This document shows, piece after piece, positions 18,816 to 28,518 of a DNA stretch of 64,000 nt. Under the pieces are notes generated by a model that saw nothing but the letters and a program-made list of their open reading frames with translations, did no database searches and had not been told where the DNA came from. The stretch's first letter is position 1. Each line of letters begins with the position of its first letter. The stretch comes from Bacteroidia bacterium (lineage in GTDB: Bacteria > Bacteroidota > Bacteroidia > B-17B0 > Aurantibacillaceae): assembly GCA_044229315.1 (NCBI GenBank), contig JBGATG010000007.1, forward strand, positions 4,903 through 68,902, in the 5' to 3' direction. Both the position numbers and the translations under genes were made by a program.

Positions 18816-19544
18816 GATTAAATCGAACTGCTCTAAGTGTCACCCTGAGCGAAGTCGAAGGGTGCAGCGTTAAGTTGTGTAATTTTTAAACATCGCACAC
18901 AGGTTTCGACTCCGCTCAACCTGACACGCCAAACAGAAGGCTGATCTCGCTCAAGGGCAATGCCGTGATTAAATCGAACTGCTATGCGTGTCACCCTGAG
19001 CGGAGTCGAAGGGTGCGGTAGTAAGTCTGGGGATAGCGCTGGTATCATTCATGCACTTTGAAAATTCTTTTAATTTATCCCACTCACCATTAATAAGCGC
19101 TTCCTTTTTTCTTCTCGTCCAGCCTTTAATACGTTTTTCCCATTCGATCGCTTTTAAATATTCAGTGAACATTTCACAATACACCAACTTTACGGGTTTT
19201 CGGTGACAAGTATAAGAATCGGTTACCGTTCCGCTGTTATGCTGCGCGACGCGCAATTCGATATTATTTGTTAAACCTGTATAATAAGAATCGTCCGAAC
19301 ATTTTAAAATGTATACATATAATACTTTTGATCGCGATAAATAAGTTTCAGAAAAAGCCATGATACAAAACTACATTTGGGTTGAAAAAATCCTTGCTAC
19401 AAATTGTAGTAATTTTAGATTTCGCCACAGGCTTCGACTTCGCTCAGCCTGACACGGCCGACAGAAGGCTGATTACGTCAAAATAAGATACGTAAAGTAA
19501 AACCCTGTTGCTAGGCGTGTCACCCTGAGCGGAGTAGAAGGGTG
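18816..19544. mobile_element. REP-like palindrome array enclosing a GIY-YIG nuclease gene (REPtron-like)
   Basis: TGTCACCCTGAGCG(G/A)AGT(C/A)GAAGGGTG-type copies at 18838-18864(+), 18904-18926(-), 18989-19015(+), 19432-19454(-) and 19518-19544(+), with longer flanking direct repeats. Confidence 0.7.
18969..19361 (-). CDS. Small stand-alone GIY-YIG nuclease family protein
   Basis: YVYILKCSDDSYYTGLTNNIELRVAQHNSG...AIEWEKRIKGWTRRKKEALI; TAGTTTTG -7-like box at 19373-19366. Confidence 0.9.
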   Translation of the reverse strand: MAFSETYLSRSKVLYVYILKCSDDSYYTGLTNNIELRVAQHNSGTVTDSYTCHRKPVKLVYCEMFTEYLKAIEWEKRIKGWTRRKKEALINGEWDKLKEFSKCMNDTSAIPRLTTAPFDSAQGDTHSSSI

Positions 19545-19588
19545 ATGCGCAAATTCGTGTAATCTGTGGCATTGAGCGCGGTATTAGT

Positions 19589-20203
19589 TTACTTCCAATG
19601 ATAACACTTCGACGTATTTCTCTTCCTCTTCCAAATATCCCAACCTCCAACATAAAAGATCCTTTTCAATTGTTTATGAAAGGCAGTATGTTTTTTGCGT
19701 TTACCTTTCCAGTGTTTCGTTGTAGAATAACGTTTTATAACGTAGGAGGACCCGGAACGTCCCATCTTTTGCTCACTCAAAATGAGTTCTCCCGGTTCAT
19801 ATTTAATTTTTCCCAGAACATCCTCACCTTCGGCAATATTTATTCTCATCAGATCATCCGAGCTTACTCCGCCAAATTTTGATTGGTTGATTGGATTTAG
19901 AATGGTGTGTGCAATAGAATTGTGGTGCTTGTTCCCTAAAGCATCGTCACTCACGCCAACAAATTTTTTGTCATCGTTCAACTTGATCTCTTTATTATTG
20001 TTTACGGCGCTATTTTGTGCCAACAATTGCTTGTATTCCTCTTCTGCCTGCTGTTGGTATTTATGACAAGGACATTTCGGATTTCTCGGATCATTGATCG
20101 GATATTCACCTTGTGCTTTTGCAGAGGTAACAAAAAGGAAAATAAGAGCGATCAAAAGACCGCCCTTATTCCCCTTGTGTTTATTTACTCTGCTAAGGTT
20201 CAA
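19589..20203 (-). CDS. Hypothetical exported protein
   Basis: Hydrophobic signal-like segment, DPRNPKCPCHKY motif, basic C-terminus; abuts the macroglobulin stop. Start uncertain. Confidence 0.6.
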   Translation of the reverse strand: MNLSRVNKHKGNKGGLLIALIFLFVTSAKAQGEYPINDPRNPKCPCHKYQQQAEEEYKQLLAQNSAVNNNKEIKLNDDKKFVGVSDDALGNKHHNSIAHTILNPINQSKFGGVSSDDLMRINIAEGEDVLGKIKYEPGELILSEQKMGRSGSSYVIKRYSTTKHWKGKRKKHTAFHKQLKRIFYVGGWDIWKRKRNTSKCYHWK

Positions 20204-23200
20204 TTAGGATGCTTTTTTAATAGTGATCTTATTTAATCCACACCATGTTTTGAATTCATTTGTGTAATATAAGTATGCTGTAGAAGCAGGAGCATCGTAT
20301 TCGCCTGGCATTTCTGCTTTAAGATCCAAATTGATCTCTTTCACAGCTTTTGAAGCCATGCCGCGGTAATATACAGCCAGGTTATTTCCTTTGATCTCGT
20401 AGTAATCAAATACTCCTTTTTCTTGCAATTCTTTTAATTGCCAAGGTTGAATAGAGAAACCTGCCGGTACGCCTATGATAGCCATTGTACTTGGAACTTC
20501 CTCATTTTTTTTGTTTGAGATGGTTGCGGTTAAACGAACCGTTTCGCCCACATTTGCTGTTGTGCTTGCGATCTTCGTCTTAAGATCAATATTACACTCT
20601 GCATCACTTTGAGGTAGTGAAGTACTCCAATTAACAGCAATAGAGTAAGGGAGAGGCGTTTTTACACCAACGTATTTTACTTTTACCGTGTGTTTTCCTT
20701 CACCTTTAATAAATTCCTCTAAACCTTCGACGGTGATCGCGTTTTTATCTCCTGCTTTGTATTCTTTCTCAATTACTTTTTTACCGTCAACATAAATTGC
20801 TATTGTTCCGTCTTCGCTGGTTTTTTTGCTTGCTTTAGCATATTCTGTTAAAGCTTTTAATGCTAAGATCGTGCCTTGAGTTGAACTGAACACACCTGAA
20901 CCCTGACGCGTACTTACTAAGTATTGTACGGCTTTTGTCAATTCCCCTGCTTGTTTTCCTGATTTCAACATGGCCATAATTCCTAAGGATGTTGTTTCGA
21001 TCAACAGCGATTGTCCTTGCGAATAAGTGATCGAATGAGTTAGTCCTTTAAAGCTTCCGTCTTTTTCTTGTTTGCTCATCAAAACTTTCATCGCTTCATC
21101 ACCTTTGCCGGTTTCTTTTAGAGAATATGCAGCGTTTGCCATCATCGCTAACATGTATGGATCTTTACTGTCCATTGCTTTTTCAAATGAGGTAGTAAAC
21201 TCTTTTTTGAAATCGCTGTATCCACCTTCTGCTAAAGCATACACAATGTAAGCGTTCAAAATATCATCACTAATTCTTCCAAAGTCATGGTATGCGTGTT
21301 TCTCTCTTGCAAAACCACCTTTTCCGTCTTTATGACTCAATAACCAGTTCGATGTACGGGCCAACATCGTTGCATCTACATCTTGTCCGGCTTTTTTCAT
21401 ATCATTGAACTCCATCAAGCCGTAAGCAGTTAAACCTTCATGACCAGGATTCGATCCAAACCACTCGTAACCTTTTTGCGAAGCTTCAAAACCGATCAAA
21501 CGTTTGTAACCTCTTTCTAAAAGATCTGTAGCGCGAGCTAAAGTTTTTGTGTCTTTGCTATCTGTTGTTTTCAAATAATCCAACACCATCGCGTTTGGAT
21601 AAGCTGTACATGAAGTTTGCTCAAAACAACCGTAAGGCTCTTGTAAAATTCCTTCAACACCTTTCATTAAGTCGTTTACAACATTCGGATATGCATTGAA
21701 CGTTGCTTTCAGTGAACCATTCACCATTTTATTGATCTCAAATTCGTATTCCTTTTCAACCTCCTGTGCCGAGAACGAAGCCTCAACCGGGAAACCTTTA
21801 GGAACAATACGAATAGTTTGAGTGAATGCATCAGATAAACCGCAGGCTTTAAAACTGATAGTGAAATCGCCATATCCAATTTTGTCAAGCACTTTGTAAT
21901 CCAAATAGATCACTTTTGCTTTGCCCGGCATCACGGTTTGTACCATTGGAATTTGAGCAACTTCTTTCAATCCATCGGGAGCAATAATGGAGATCACGCC
22001 GCCTAAAGGACCGTCAGTATTATTCTTTAACGTCAAAGGAATCGAAACAAAATCTTCTGTTGCCACTTCTACCGGAATTTTGGTACTCATGGCAAAAGGT
22101 AATTGCGAGAAGAAATTCTTTTCTGTTCTTCCGATGCTACCATCAGTTCCAATTCCTTCTAAGGTTGTGCGGAATGAAGTGATATCATCCGACGCGTAGA
22201 ATTCGATGGTTTTCTTTCCGCTGTAACCAACTTCTACATTCGGATTCCAATAAATGGTATTACGGAAATCGGTGCGATTCTCAACTGCTTCTTGCTTTTC
22301 ATACTTTGGAGCATAATACGTACGGGCGCGATAGTAAACATTGTGCGCGATATTCGGTTGATCGAAGCCACCATCAAAGTCACCCATCTCATCATCCATA
22401 GCAAATCCGTTTGCTCGGCGATCTTCTGCTCTAGCCATTTTCTTTTTGCCTGCTATGGAAGCTTGCGCTTTTTCTTCTTTTTGTTCTGCCTTAACAACAG
22501 CTTTAATATCGGCAACTTTAGGACCATTGGCCTTTACCCCTAGTTCTACTTTACTTTTATCTCTTTCAGCATCTTTGCTTTTTACGTTGTTGTTCGCTAA
22601 AGCCGGTTTATCTTCTTTAGCTTTTACAGCTTTGAACATAGGGGCTTTTTCGTTCACCATTTTACCTTCTCCACCGCCCATGCCGGCTGAGGCTGGAATA
22701 GCCATGTCGGCTTCTGCAAAATTTCCTCCGGCCTTTGAACGATTTGAACCTTTGTTATAGCCATAATAGTTATTATGCATCTTGTAAAGATAGATCACCA
22801 TATTTTGGTTATAGTCTCTTACATACTGTACCTGTGGATAATATCCTTCAGCAAGAAATTGCAAATTCACTTGATCAACAAGGTCTAGTTTTTTGAACGT
22901 GAATTTTCCGCTCTCGTCAGTTGTGATCTCTGTTCCGTTATTTGCTTTGATCTTTACGTCATTAAACGGTTTTCCGGTTTCGGAATTATAAACTACACCC
23001 GAAACGATCGCCTTTTCTCCAAAATAAGTGATCACTGGCATTTCTTCTTCAATGATCTTCTCCCAAGTAAAACGTCTCCAACCTGAGGTCATTAATACAT
23101 AATCCAAAGCTTTATCAGCTTTTTCTTCTTTCTTATTGAAATAAAACGCCGGTTCTTCCACTTTTCCGTGAATGTCTTGCTCCAATAGCATTTGAGATAA

Positions 23201-24703
23201 GATATTTCCGGATTTATCATCAGCAAAACTTAAGAACTGATCATTTACAACAGCCATTGATAAATTTGCAGGCATTGGTAGACCACGCTCGTCTTTTACC
23301 GAGATCGTCATTTTTACTTTCTCACGTGGTAAATATTTTTCTTTTTCTGTTTCCACAGAGATGGTCATTTGTTTGTCTTTATTCACAAAAGCTAAACGCT
23401 CGCAACGCGCAATTCCTTTAGCATCAAACAAAGTAATTTGCGAAACACCAATTGGAAAATCTTCGGTGTTAAACGTGATCTTATTGCTTCCCGGCTTGGT
23501 ATTCATCACTGTTGTGTAATAAATTTTACCACGAACTTGTGCAACTAAGCTCAATTCTTCTTTTTCCGTTGTATTCACACAAACGTCAACTTCGTTCTTC
23601 TTGTTTTGCTCTACATGTAAAGCATAACCGCGCTCAAATGGCTCAGGTAACTTATAGGTTTCTTTAATACCTTCAGGTTTTGTGATCTTCACCACATAAT
23701 TCTCTCCCGTTTGAGGAATGATCTTGAATGATCCCATCCCTTGATGAAAGCTGCTGAATGAAGCTACTTTACTACCTTTTTCAGTTAACACAACACCTTC
23801 AATATCGGCTGGTTTTCCAAATTCGTTCAACGCCTTAAATGCAACCGTATTCTCAACATTATTCAACATGTCTCCACCCTCAGGGAAAAGTGTCATCCCG
23901 ATCTTATTTAATACAATTGGAATGGAACGGGAGATACTTTCTGTACTTCCGTTATAATCGATCATTACGTTCAATAATCCATCATTTGTTTTTAATTCTT
24001 TTGGAAGAGAGAACTTAATGTATTTCAAACCTTCTTCGTCGGTTACTTCCGTAAGGTCTAACAATTTCGCTCCATCTAAGTTTGCTACACATTTTATTTT
24101 GTAATTCGCTAATGGTTTATTTTCGTTTGTATTCAATTCTAGCTTCGCGATCACTTCATCGCCGGCGCCAAATGCTTTGCGTTCAAAATCCAATTTCATT
24201 TTTAAATTAGGAAGGATCACCTCTTGCACCTGAAGATCTTTTTCAAACGCGTTATCCTTACTTTCATTCTTCATCCATTTGGTGTAAGCACGAATTTTGT
24301 ACAAACCACCAAGCGCTTCTTTGTCTAGATTAAAATCCCCGGCTGCCTTGCCGTTCTTGGCGATCAAACTAATTTTCTTTTCTACTGTTCCTTTTGGATT
24401 GATCAATTCAACATGAATGATGTCACTTTTATCGGATGGTTTTAAACTTATTCCGTCTCTTATATACGCGGCGATCCAAATATCATCACCCGGTTCATAC
24501 ATGGGTTTATCTAATTGTAAATACACGCGATCTTCCGGCGCGGTCTTATTATAAAGCGCTATCTTTTCTTTAAGCCCTTTTATAAAATCATTTTCCATGG
24601 CAGCCTGGTAGTAGCTGTTTGGAGTAAGATACGCCAGCGTACTAATGCCCATGGCACCTACAACCGACAAATACGATAATTTCCTGTTAATTTTCCTTTC
24701 CAT
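20204..24703 (-). CDS. Alpha-2-macroglobulin family protein with thioester motif
   Basis: MG-domain motifs (VYLQLDKPMYEPGD), FRNTIYWNP, PYGCFEQTS (CxEQ), GYEWFG, receptor-binding-like C-terminus. Start reassigned to the ATG at 24703 because the upstream extension is repeat-derived. Confidence 0.9.
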   Translation of the reverse strand: MERKINRKLSYLSVVGAMGISTLAYLTPNSYYQAAMENDFIKGLKEKIALYNKTAPEDRVYLQLDKPMYEPGDDIWIAAYIRDGISLKPSDKSDIIHVELINPKGTVEKKISLIAKNGKAAGDFNLDKEALGGLYKIRAYTKWMKNESKDNAFEKDLQVQEVILPNLKMKLDFERKAFGAGDEVIAKLELNTNENKPLANYKIKCVANLDGAKLLDLTEVTDEEGLKYIKFSLPKELKTNDGLLNVMIDYNGSTESISRSIPIVLNKIGMTLFPEGGDMLNNVENTVAFKALNEFGKPADIEGVVLTEKGSKVASFSSFHQGMGSFKIIPQTGENYVVKITKPEGIKETYKLPEPFERGYALHVEQNKKNEVDVCVNTTEKEELSLVAQVRGKIYYTTVMNTKPGSNKITFNTEDFPIGVSQITLFDAKGIARCERLAFVNKDKQMTISVETEKEKYLPREKVKMTISVKDERGLPMPANLSMAVVNDQFLSFADDKSGNILSQMLLEQDIHGKVEEPAFYFNKKEEKADKALDYVLMTSGWRRFTWEKIIEEEMPVITYFGEKAIVSGVVYNSETGKPFNDVKIKANNGTEITTDESGKFTFKKLDLVDQVNLQFLAEGYYPQVQYVRDYNQNMVIYLYKMHNNYYGYNKGSNRSKAGGNFAEADMAIPASAGMGGGEGKMVNEKAPMFKAVKAKEDKPALANNNVKSKDAERDKSKVELGVKANGPKVADIKAVVKAEQKEEKAQASIAGKKKMARAEDRRANGFAMDDEMGDFDGGFDQPNIAHNVYYRARTYYAPKYEKQEAVENRTDFRNTIYWNPNVEVGYSGKKTIEFYASDDITSFRTTLEGIGTDGSIGRTEKNFFSQLPFAMSTKIPVEVATEDFVSIPLTLKNNTDGPLGGVISIIAPDGLKEVAQIPMVQTVMPGKAKVIYLDYKVLDKIGYGDFTISFKACGLSDAFTQTIRIVPKGFPVEASFSAQEVEKEYEFEINKMVNGSLKATFNAYPNVVNDLMKGVEGILQEPYGCFEQTSCTAYPNAMVLDYLKTTDSKDTKTLARATDLLERGYKRLIGFEASQKGYEWFGSNPGHEGLTAYGLMEFNDMKKAGQDVDATMLARTSNWLLSHKDGKGGFAREKHAYHDFGRISDDILNAYIVYALAEGGYSDFKKEFTTSFEKAMDSKDPYMLAMMANAAYSLKETGKGDEAMKVLMSKQEKDGSFKGLTHSITYSQGQSLLIETTSLGIMAMLKSGKQAGELTKAVQYLVSTRQGSGVFSSTQGTILALKALTEYAKASKKTSEDGTIAIYVDGKKVIEKEYKAGDKNAITVEGLEEFIKGEGKHTVKVKYVGVKTPLPYSIAVNWSTSLPQSDAECNIDLKTKIASTTANVGETVRLTATISNKKNEEVPSTMAIIGVPAGFSIQPWQLKELQEKGVFDYYEIKGNNLAVYYRGMASKAVKEINLDLKAEMPGEYDAPASTAYLYYTNEFKTWCGLNKITIKKAS

Positions 24704-24784
24704 GACAGTGGTTTTCTTTTTAGATGCGGAAAGGTTTGGGATTCCATAAACAGAACTGGAATTGTTAAAATTATTTGGGCGCCC

Positions 24785-24888
24785 GCCCTTCGCCGGTGGA
24801 GATCGGAGCTCAGGGCGCCGGGCTTTTCGCTGCAAGTCCTCGCACCATGAACGGTGGAAGCTGCGGGCTTTCCGCTGCAATCCCTGGC
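24785..24888. repeat. GC-rich composite repeat: REP variant plus two CGGGCTTTYCGCTGCAA copies
   Basis: 24785-24817 reverse complement is CGCCCTGAGCT[CCGATCTCCACCGG]CGAAGGGC; direct copies CGGGCTTTTCGCTGCAAGTCCTCGC (24819-24843) and CGGGCTTTCCGCTGCAATCCCTGGC (24864-24888). Confidence 0.65.
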
Positions 24889-24992
24889 GCGGCAGGTTGG
24901 AAAGTTGGAGTGTAAATGAGTTTTAAACGGGACATTTTGTCTCGCACCGAAATAAAAAAGCAGGACTAAAAACTCGTCTGCGTACTTTGCGG

Positions 24993-26330
24993 TTAAATGG
25001 GAAGATGCTTTCTGTATAAATATCGGAATCTAAAAAATAGGGCTACTCCAACGGAAACAAGACCGATAAGCAATCCTATCCAAACGCCGATCACCTCCAT
25101 TTTCAAGTAGAATGCAAGTAAATAACAAACACCTAAAGTAATTAGCCAATAACCCACAAAGGTTACATAAGTAGAAACTTTTACATCTTCGAGTCCTCTC
25201 AGTATTCCTATAACCGTTACTTGCAATCCATCAAATAACTGGAACAAAGCAGCAATCAATAATAACTGCGATGCTAATTCAACGACGGCCTTTTCGCTGC
25301 TGAAGATCAACGGTAAGTAATTGTTGAGTAGTAAAAATACTAAACCACATGCTCCCATAGTGATCAGTACGAGTTTAATGGACGTGAGTCCGGCGTTTTT
25401 AACTTCTGCCCAATTGTTTTGCGCTTTATATATTCCAACGCGAATTGTTGCGGCACTAGCAATCCCACTCCCAAACATATAAGTGAAAGCGGCAAGATGC
25501 AAGGATACCCCATGCGCGTCAATCTGCTCTTTTCCAAACGACCCTGCCATTAAACCCGCCACAACAAATGCCGCAACTTCAAACGTGAACTGCATGGCTG
25601 AATTGAAACCTATCTTAGCTAATTCGCGCAAGTGTTTCAAGTTCACTTTTGCTTTTTTGTAAACGGTAAATATGGCATTAAGAGCCGGAGTTTTGTACAT
25701 GAGGTATAAAAATCCAAACCCCATGAAGCATCGCGCAATGAATGTGGCCCAGGCCGAACCCAGGTATCCCATTTTTGGCAGCCCGCAGTATCCATTAATG
25801 AGTAAATAATTTAAAACTATATTCAAAAGGTTTCCGCTGATGCTTATAATAAGAGCGGCACGGGTGTTGCTCAAACCTTCGCAATATTGTTTACAAACAA
25901 AAAACAAAGAGAGTGGAAGTAATGAGAAGATCAGAACTTCATAGAACGGAATGGCCAGCGTAACAACTTCATCAGGTTGCTGAAGGTGTTTTAGCAAGGG
26001 AGCAGAGAAAAATAAAATGAGGAACAAAATGATCGAGGTGCCAAAATTCAAGAATAAAGAATTTTTAAAAAGCGCGGCTTTTGTTTCAAGATTGTTATTT
26101 TCATTTGCTGTTGTTACTAAAGGTGTGGTGGCGTAACTCAATCCAATTCCAAACACAAGTAGTAATACGTAAATATTGTTCGCGAAAATACCTGCTGCTT
26201 GTTCAGCAACGCCTATCTGCCCCAAAAAAATGGTATCCACCATCCCGGTAATGATATGACCAACCTGAGTTAGTATTAAAGGCCAGGCAAGATCGAACGT
26301 TTCTTTATAATGTTGTTTAGAACTCAGCAT
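24993..26330 (-). CDS. MATE-family efflux transporter
   Basis: LAWPLILTQ...MVDTIFLG, about 12 TM segments, FQLFDGLQV; start at ATG 26330, preceded by a TATCTTTG box. Confidence 0.92.
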   Translation of the reverse strand: MLSSKQHYKETFDLAWPLILTQVGHIITGMVDTIFLGQIGVAEQAAGIFANNIYVLLLVFGIGLSYATTPLVTTANENNNLETKAALFKNSLFLNFGTSIILFLILFFSAPLLKHLQQPDEVVTLAIPFYEVLIFSLLPLSLFFVCKQYCEGLSNTRAALIISISGNLLNIVLNYLLINGYCGLPKMGYLGSAWATFIARCFMGFGFLYLMYKTPALNAIFTVYKKAKVNLKHLRELAKIGFNSAMQFTFEVAAFVVAGLMAGSFGKEQIDAHGVSLHLAAFTYMFGSGIASAATIRVGIYKAQNNWAEVKNAGLTSIKLVLITMGACGLVFLLLNNYLPLIFSSEKAVVELASQLLLIAALFQLFDGLQVTVIGILRGLEDVKVSTYVTFVGYWLITLGVCYLLAFYLKMEVIGVWIGLLIGLVSVGVALFFRFRYLYRKHLPI

Positions 26331-26380
26331 TTGCGGCTGCAAAGATACTCTTTTAGTCGTAAGTCGAAAGAGGAGAGTCG

Positions 26381-27598
26381 TTAGTCCCGATGATTTATAA
26401 CGATCTTTTTGTTCATAATACAATTCTTAGTGAAAATACTAAGTGTGTAAACACCAGAAGGGAAATCAGAAACAGTTATCTGTTTGCTGTTACTCTCTGA
26501 AACTACTTTTCCGAGCGGGCAGCGCATGATTGCTTTGATCAATTCATCTTCAGTTTCGATGTTTAGCTCATTGGAAGCGGGATTCGGATAAATTTTTATT
26601 TCTATTTCGGTAACCGAATTTTCTTTTACTCCAATAAAGGCGTCATTTTTCCAGGTTTCTTTGGTGCGTGCCGGGGAAGAGTCGACTCCTGTTGTGATGT
26701 AAAAAATATTATTTAAGGAAAATGCCATTTCTCCCTTACGACCCAAAGCCGGAATTCCGGGATAAACCGTTACGGTTCCGGTAACTGGATCGAATAGTCT
26801 CACATCATTTGTTATTTGAGTGGTGGAGTCTTGTCCCCCATAAAAAAATGCCTTACCACTTGTAACTCCGCAACCAACATAATTGCGCGCAGGTAAACTC
26901 ACATTTGGAATTTGTGTCCATTGATCATTCAATTGGTCATATTGATAAATATAGCGGTTGAAGTTATTGCCGTTAGTTAATCCATAAGCAATATAACCAA
27001 CTCCATTGATCACAAATGCCGAGCCGCGGAACATTCCCGCAAAGGGTAAGTTGTTTTTTTGTGTCCAGGTTGAGCTTGTGATATCATATTCCCACACATC
27101 ACTAAAAACTGTTCCTCCAACGCCAACCGATCTTCCGCTAATAATGTACGCTTTGTTTCCCAAAACAAAATTACACGGACCTTGTCGAGGATTTCCCGGA
27201 AAATTCGCGAGTGCGCTCCATGTGTTTGTGGCACTGTTGTACATATACATGTCGTTCAAACAAACATTGACGCAATTGATACCGCACAACACATAGCCGG
27301 TGTTTGAATAGGAGAACGCAGTAGCATATTGTCGTTCAGTTCCGGCAGGCATGCCGGCCATATTTCCCCAAATGTTGGTCACGCCATCATAAACGTAGCC
27401 GTCTAGCGCGCAGCCGCTGGTACTTAGTCCGCTAAAGCAATAGGCGCTATTTCCAATTGCGAATACACTCCCGTCATCGCGGGCAGTTCCGGGGAAATTA
27501 GCGACCTGAATCCAGGATTGAGCCTTTAGAACATAGGAGAAAATAAATAAACTATAAAGTAAATGTTTGATGAATGCAGAACGTACAAATGCCCCCAT
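26381..27598 (-). CDS. Kelch-repeat protein with T9SS sorting domain
   Basis: Repeated FPG.AR...F......Y..GG units; IYPNP...GVYTLSI...KKIVI. Confidence 0.85.
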   Translation of the reverse strand: MGAFVRSAFIKHLLYSLFIFSYVLKAQSWIQVANFPGTARDDGSVFAIGNSAYCFSGLSTSGCALDGYVYDGVTNIWGNMAGMPAGTERQYATAFSYSNTGYVLCGINCVNVCLNDMYMYNSATNTWSALANFPGNPRQGPCNFVLGNKAYIISGRSVGVGGTVFSDVWEYDITSSTWTQKNNLPFAGMFRGSAFVINGVGYIAYGLTNGNNFNRYIYQYDQLNDQWTQIPNVSLPARNYVGCGVTSGKAFFYGGQDSTTQITNDVRLFDPVTGTVTVYPGIPALGRKGEMAFSLNNIFYITTGVDSSPARTKETWKNDAFIGVKENSVTEIEIKIYPNPASNELNIETEDELIKAIMRCPLGKVVSESNSKQITVSDFPSGVYTLSIFTKNCIMNKKIVINHRD

Positions 27599-28518
27599 TA
27601 TTGCACTTCTTTTTTCAATCTTTTTATGAGATCATCCGTTTCCTCTATTTTTATCCACTCTATCTCCACGCCGTGTTTTTCCATTCGCCTGAACCAGGTC
27701 ATTTGACGCTTAGCAAACTGATGGATAGCGGTGCTTAATAGGGTGTAAAGTTCTTTTTTAGTGATCTGTTTTAAAAGATAAAATGAAATGAACTTATATT
27801 CGAGCCCTAAGAACTGCAAGCGCTCATGGGTGATCCCTTTTTTTAATAAGCCTTCCACTTCTTCAATTAAACCATGTTCCAAACGGTATTTTAAACGCGC
27901 GTCAATTTTTTTATTTCGCTCTTCCTTATCAATTTTAATTCCAATATATTTTGGGCGGTAACTTAATTCCCGCTTTTCCGGCGGAGGATTATCTTTTAAA
28001 TAATCTAATATTTCTAGTCCTCGTATAATTCTCTTTTTTGATGTAGGATCAATGAGTTTTACGTTTGGTCCTTTGATGTTGTAGATCAATTTTACCAATT
28101 CGGTATGCGATGCCTTTTGTAGTTTGTCCCGCAAGGCATGGTTTTCCGGAACCAAGGTCATGCTGTGATCCTTTTCCAAAGCTTCCAAATACAATCCAGT
28201 TCCCCCACAAATAATTGGTAAGTGACCGCGACCAGTGATCTCATCAAAGCTTTGTTTTAGCAAACGGATAAAATCGTGTAAATAAAATTGCTCATCGGGT
28301 TCGTTCACGTCGATCAAATGATAGTTGATCTTCTTGTTCTTTACCTTGTATTCATCCAGATCTTTTCCCGCGCCAATATTCAATCCTTTATAAACTTGTC
28401 GTGAATCAGCACTTATGATCTCTCCTTTTAAAGAATAGGCCAGTTGGCAAGCTAAATGCGTCTTACCGCTAGCGGTTGGACCAAGTACTACCAAACAATT
28501 ATGACTCGGTTTTATCAA
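27598..28518 (-). CDS. miaA: tRNA dimethylallyltransferase
   Basis: LGPTASGKT, ISADSRQVY, GGTGLY, FAKRQMTWFR. Confidence 0.93.
   Translation of the reverse strand: MIKPSHNCLVVLGPTASGKTHLACQLAYSLKGEIISADSRQVYKGLNIGAGKDLDEYKVKNKKINYHLIDVNEPDEQFYLHDFIRLLKQSFDEITGRGHLPIICGGTGLYLEALEKDHSMTLVPENHALRDKLQKASHTELVKLIYNIKGPNVKLIDPTSKKRIIRGLEILDYLKDNPPPEKRELSYRPKYIGIKIDKEERNKKIDARLKYRLEHGLIEEVEGLLKKGITHERLQFLGLEYKFISFYLLKQITKKELYTLLSTAIHQFAKRQMTWFRRMEKHGVEIEWIKIEETDDLIKRLKKEVQ

Noticed and set aside
18833-19048. 71-aa and 69-aa (19444-19653) ORFs across the REP array
   Set aside because: They are made largely of repeat sequence read in frame and overlap real genes.
18816-19544. CRISPR array
   Set aside because: The repeats alternate in orientation, spacing is irregular, the spacers are themselves repeated, and no cas genes are present.
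24720-24750. ECF-sigma promoter upstream of the macroglobulin gene (GGAAT...CATCT on the minus strand)
   Set aside because: The match is too short and degenerate to support without TSS data.
24704-24880. 59-aa N-terminal extension of the macroglobulin ORF
   Set aside because: It is translated GC-rich repeat sequence; the ATG at 24703 gives a proper anchor or signal.
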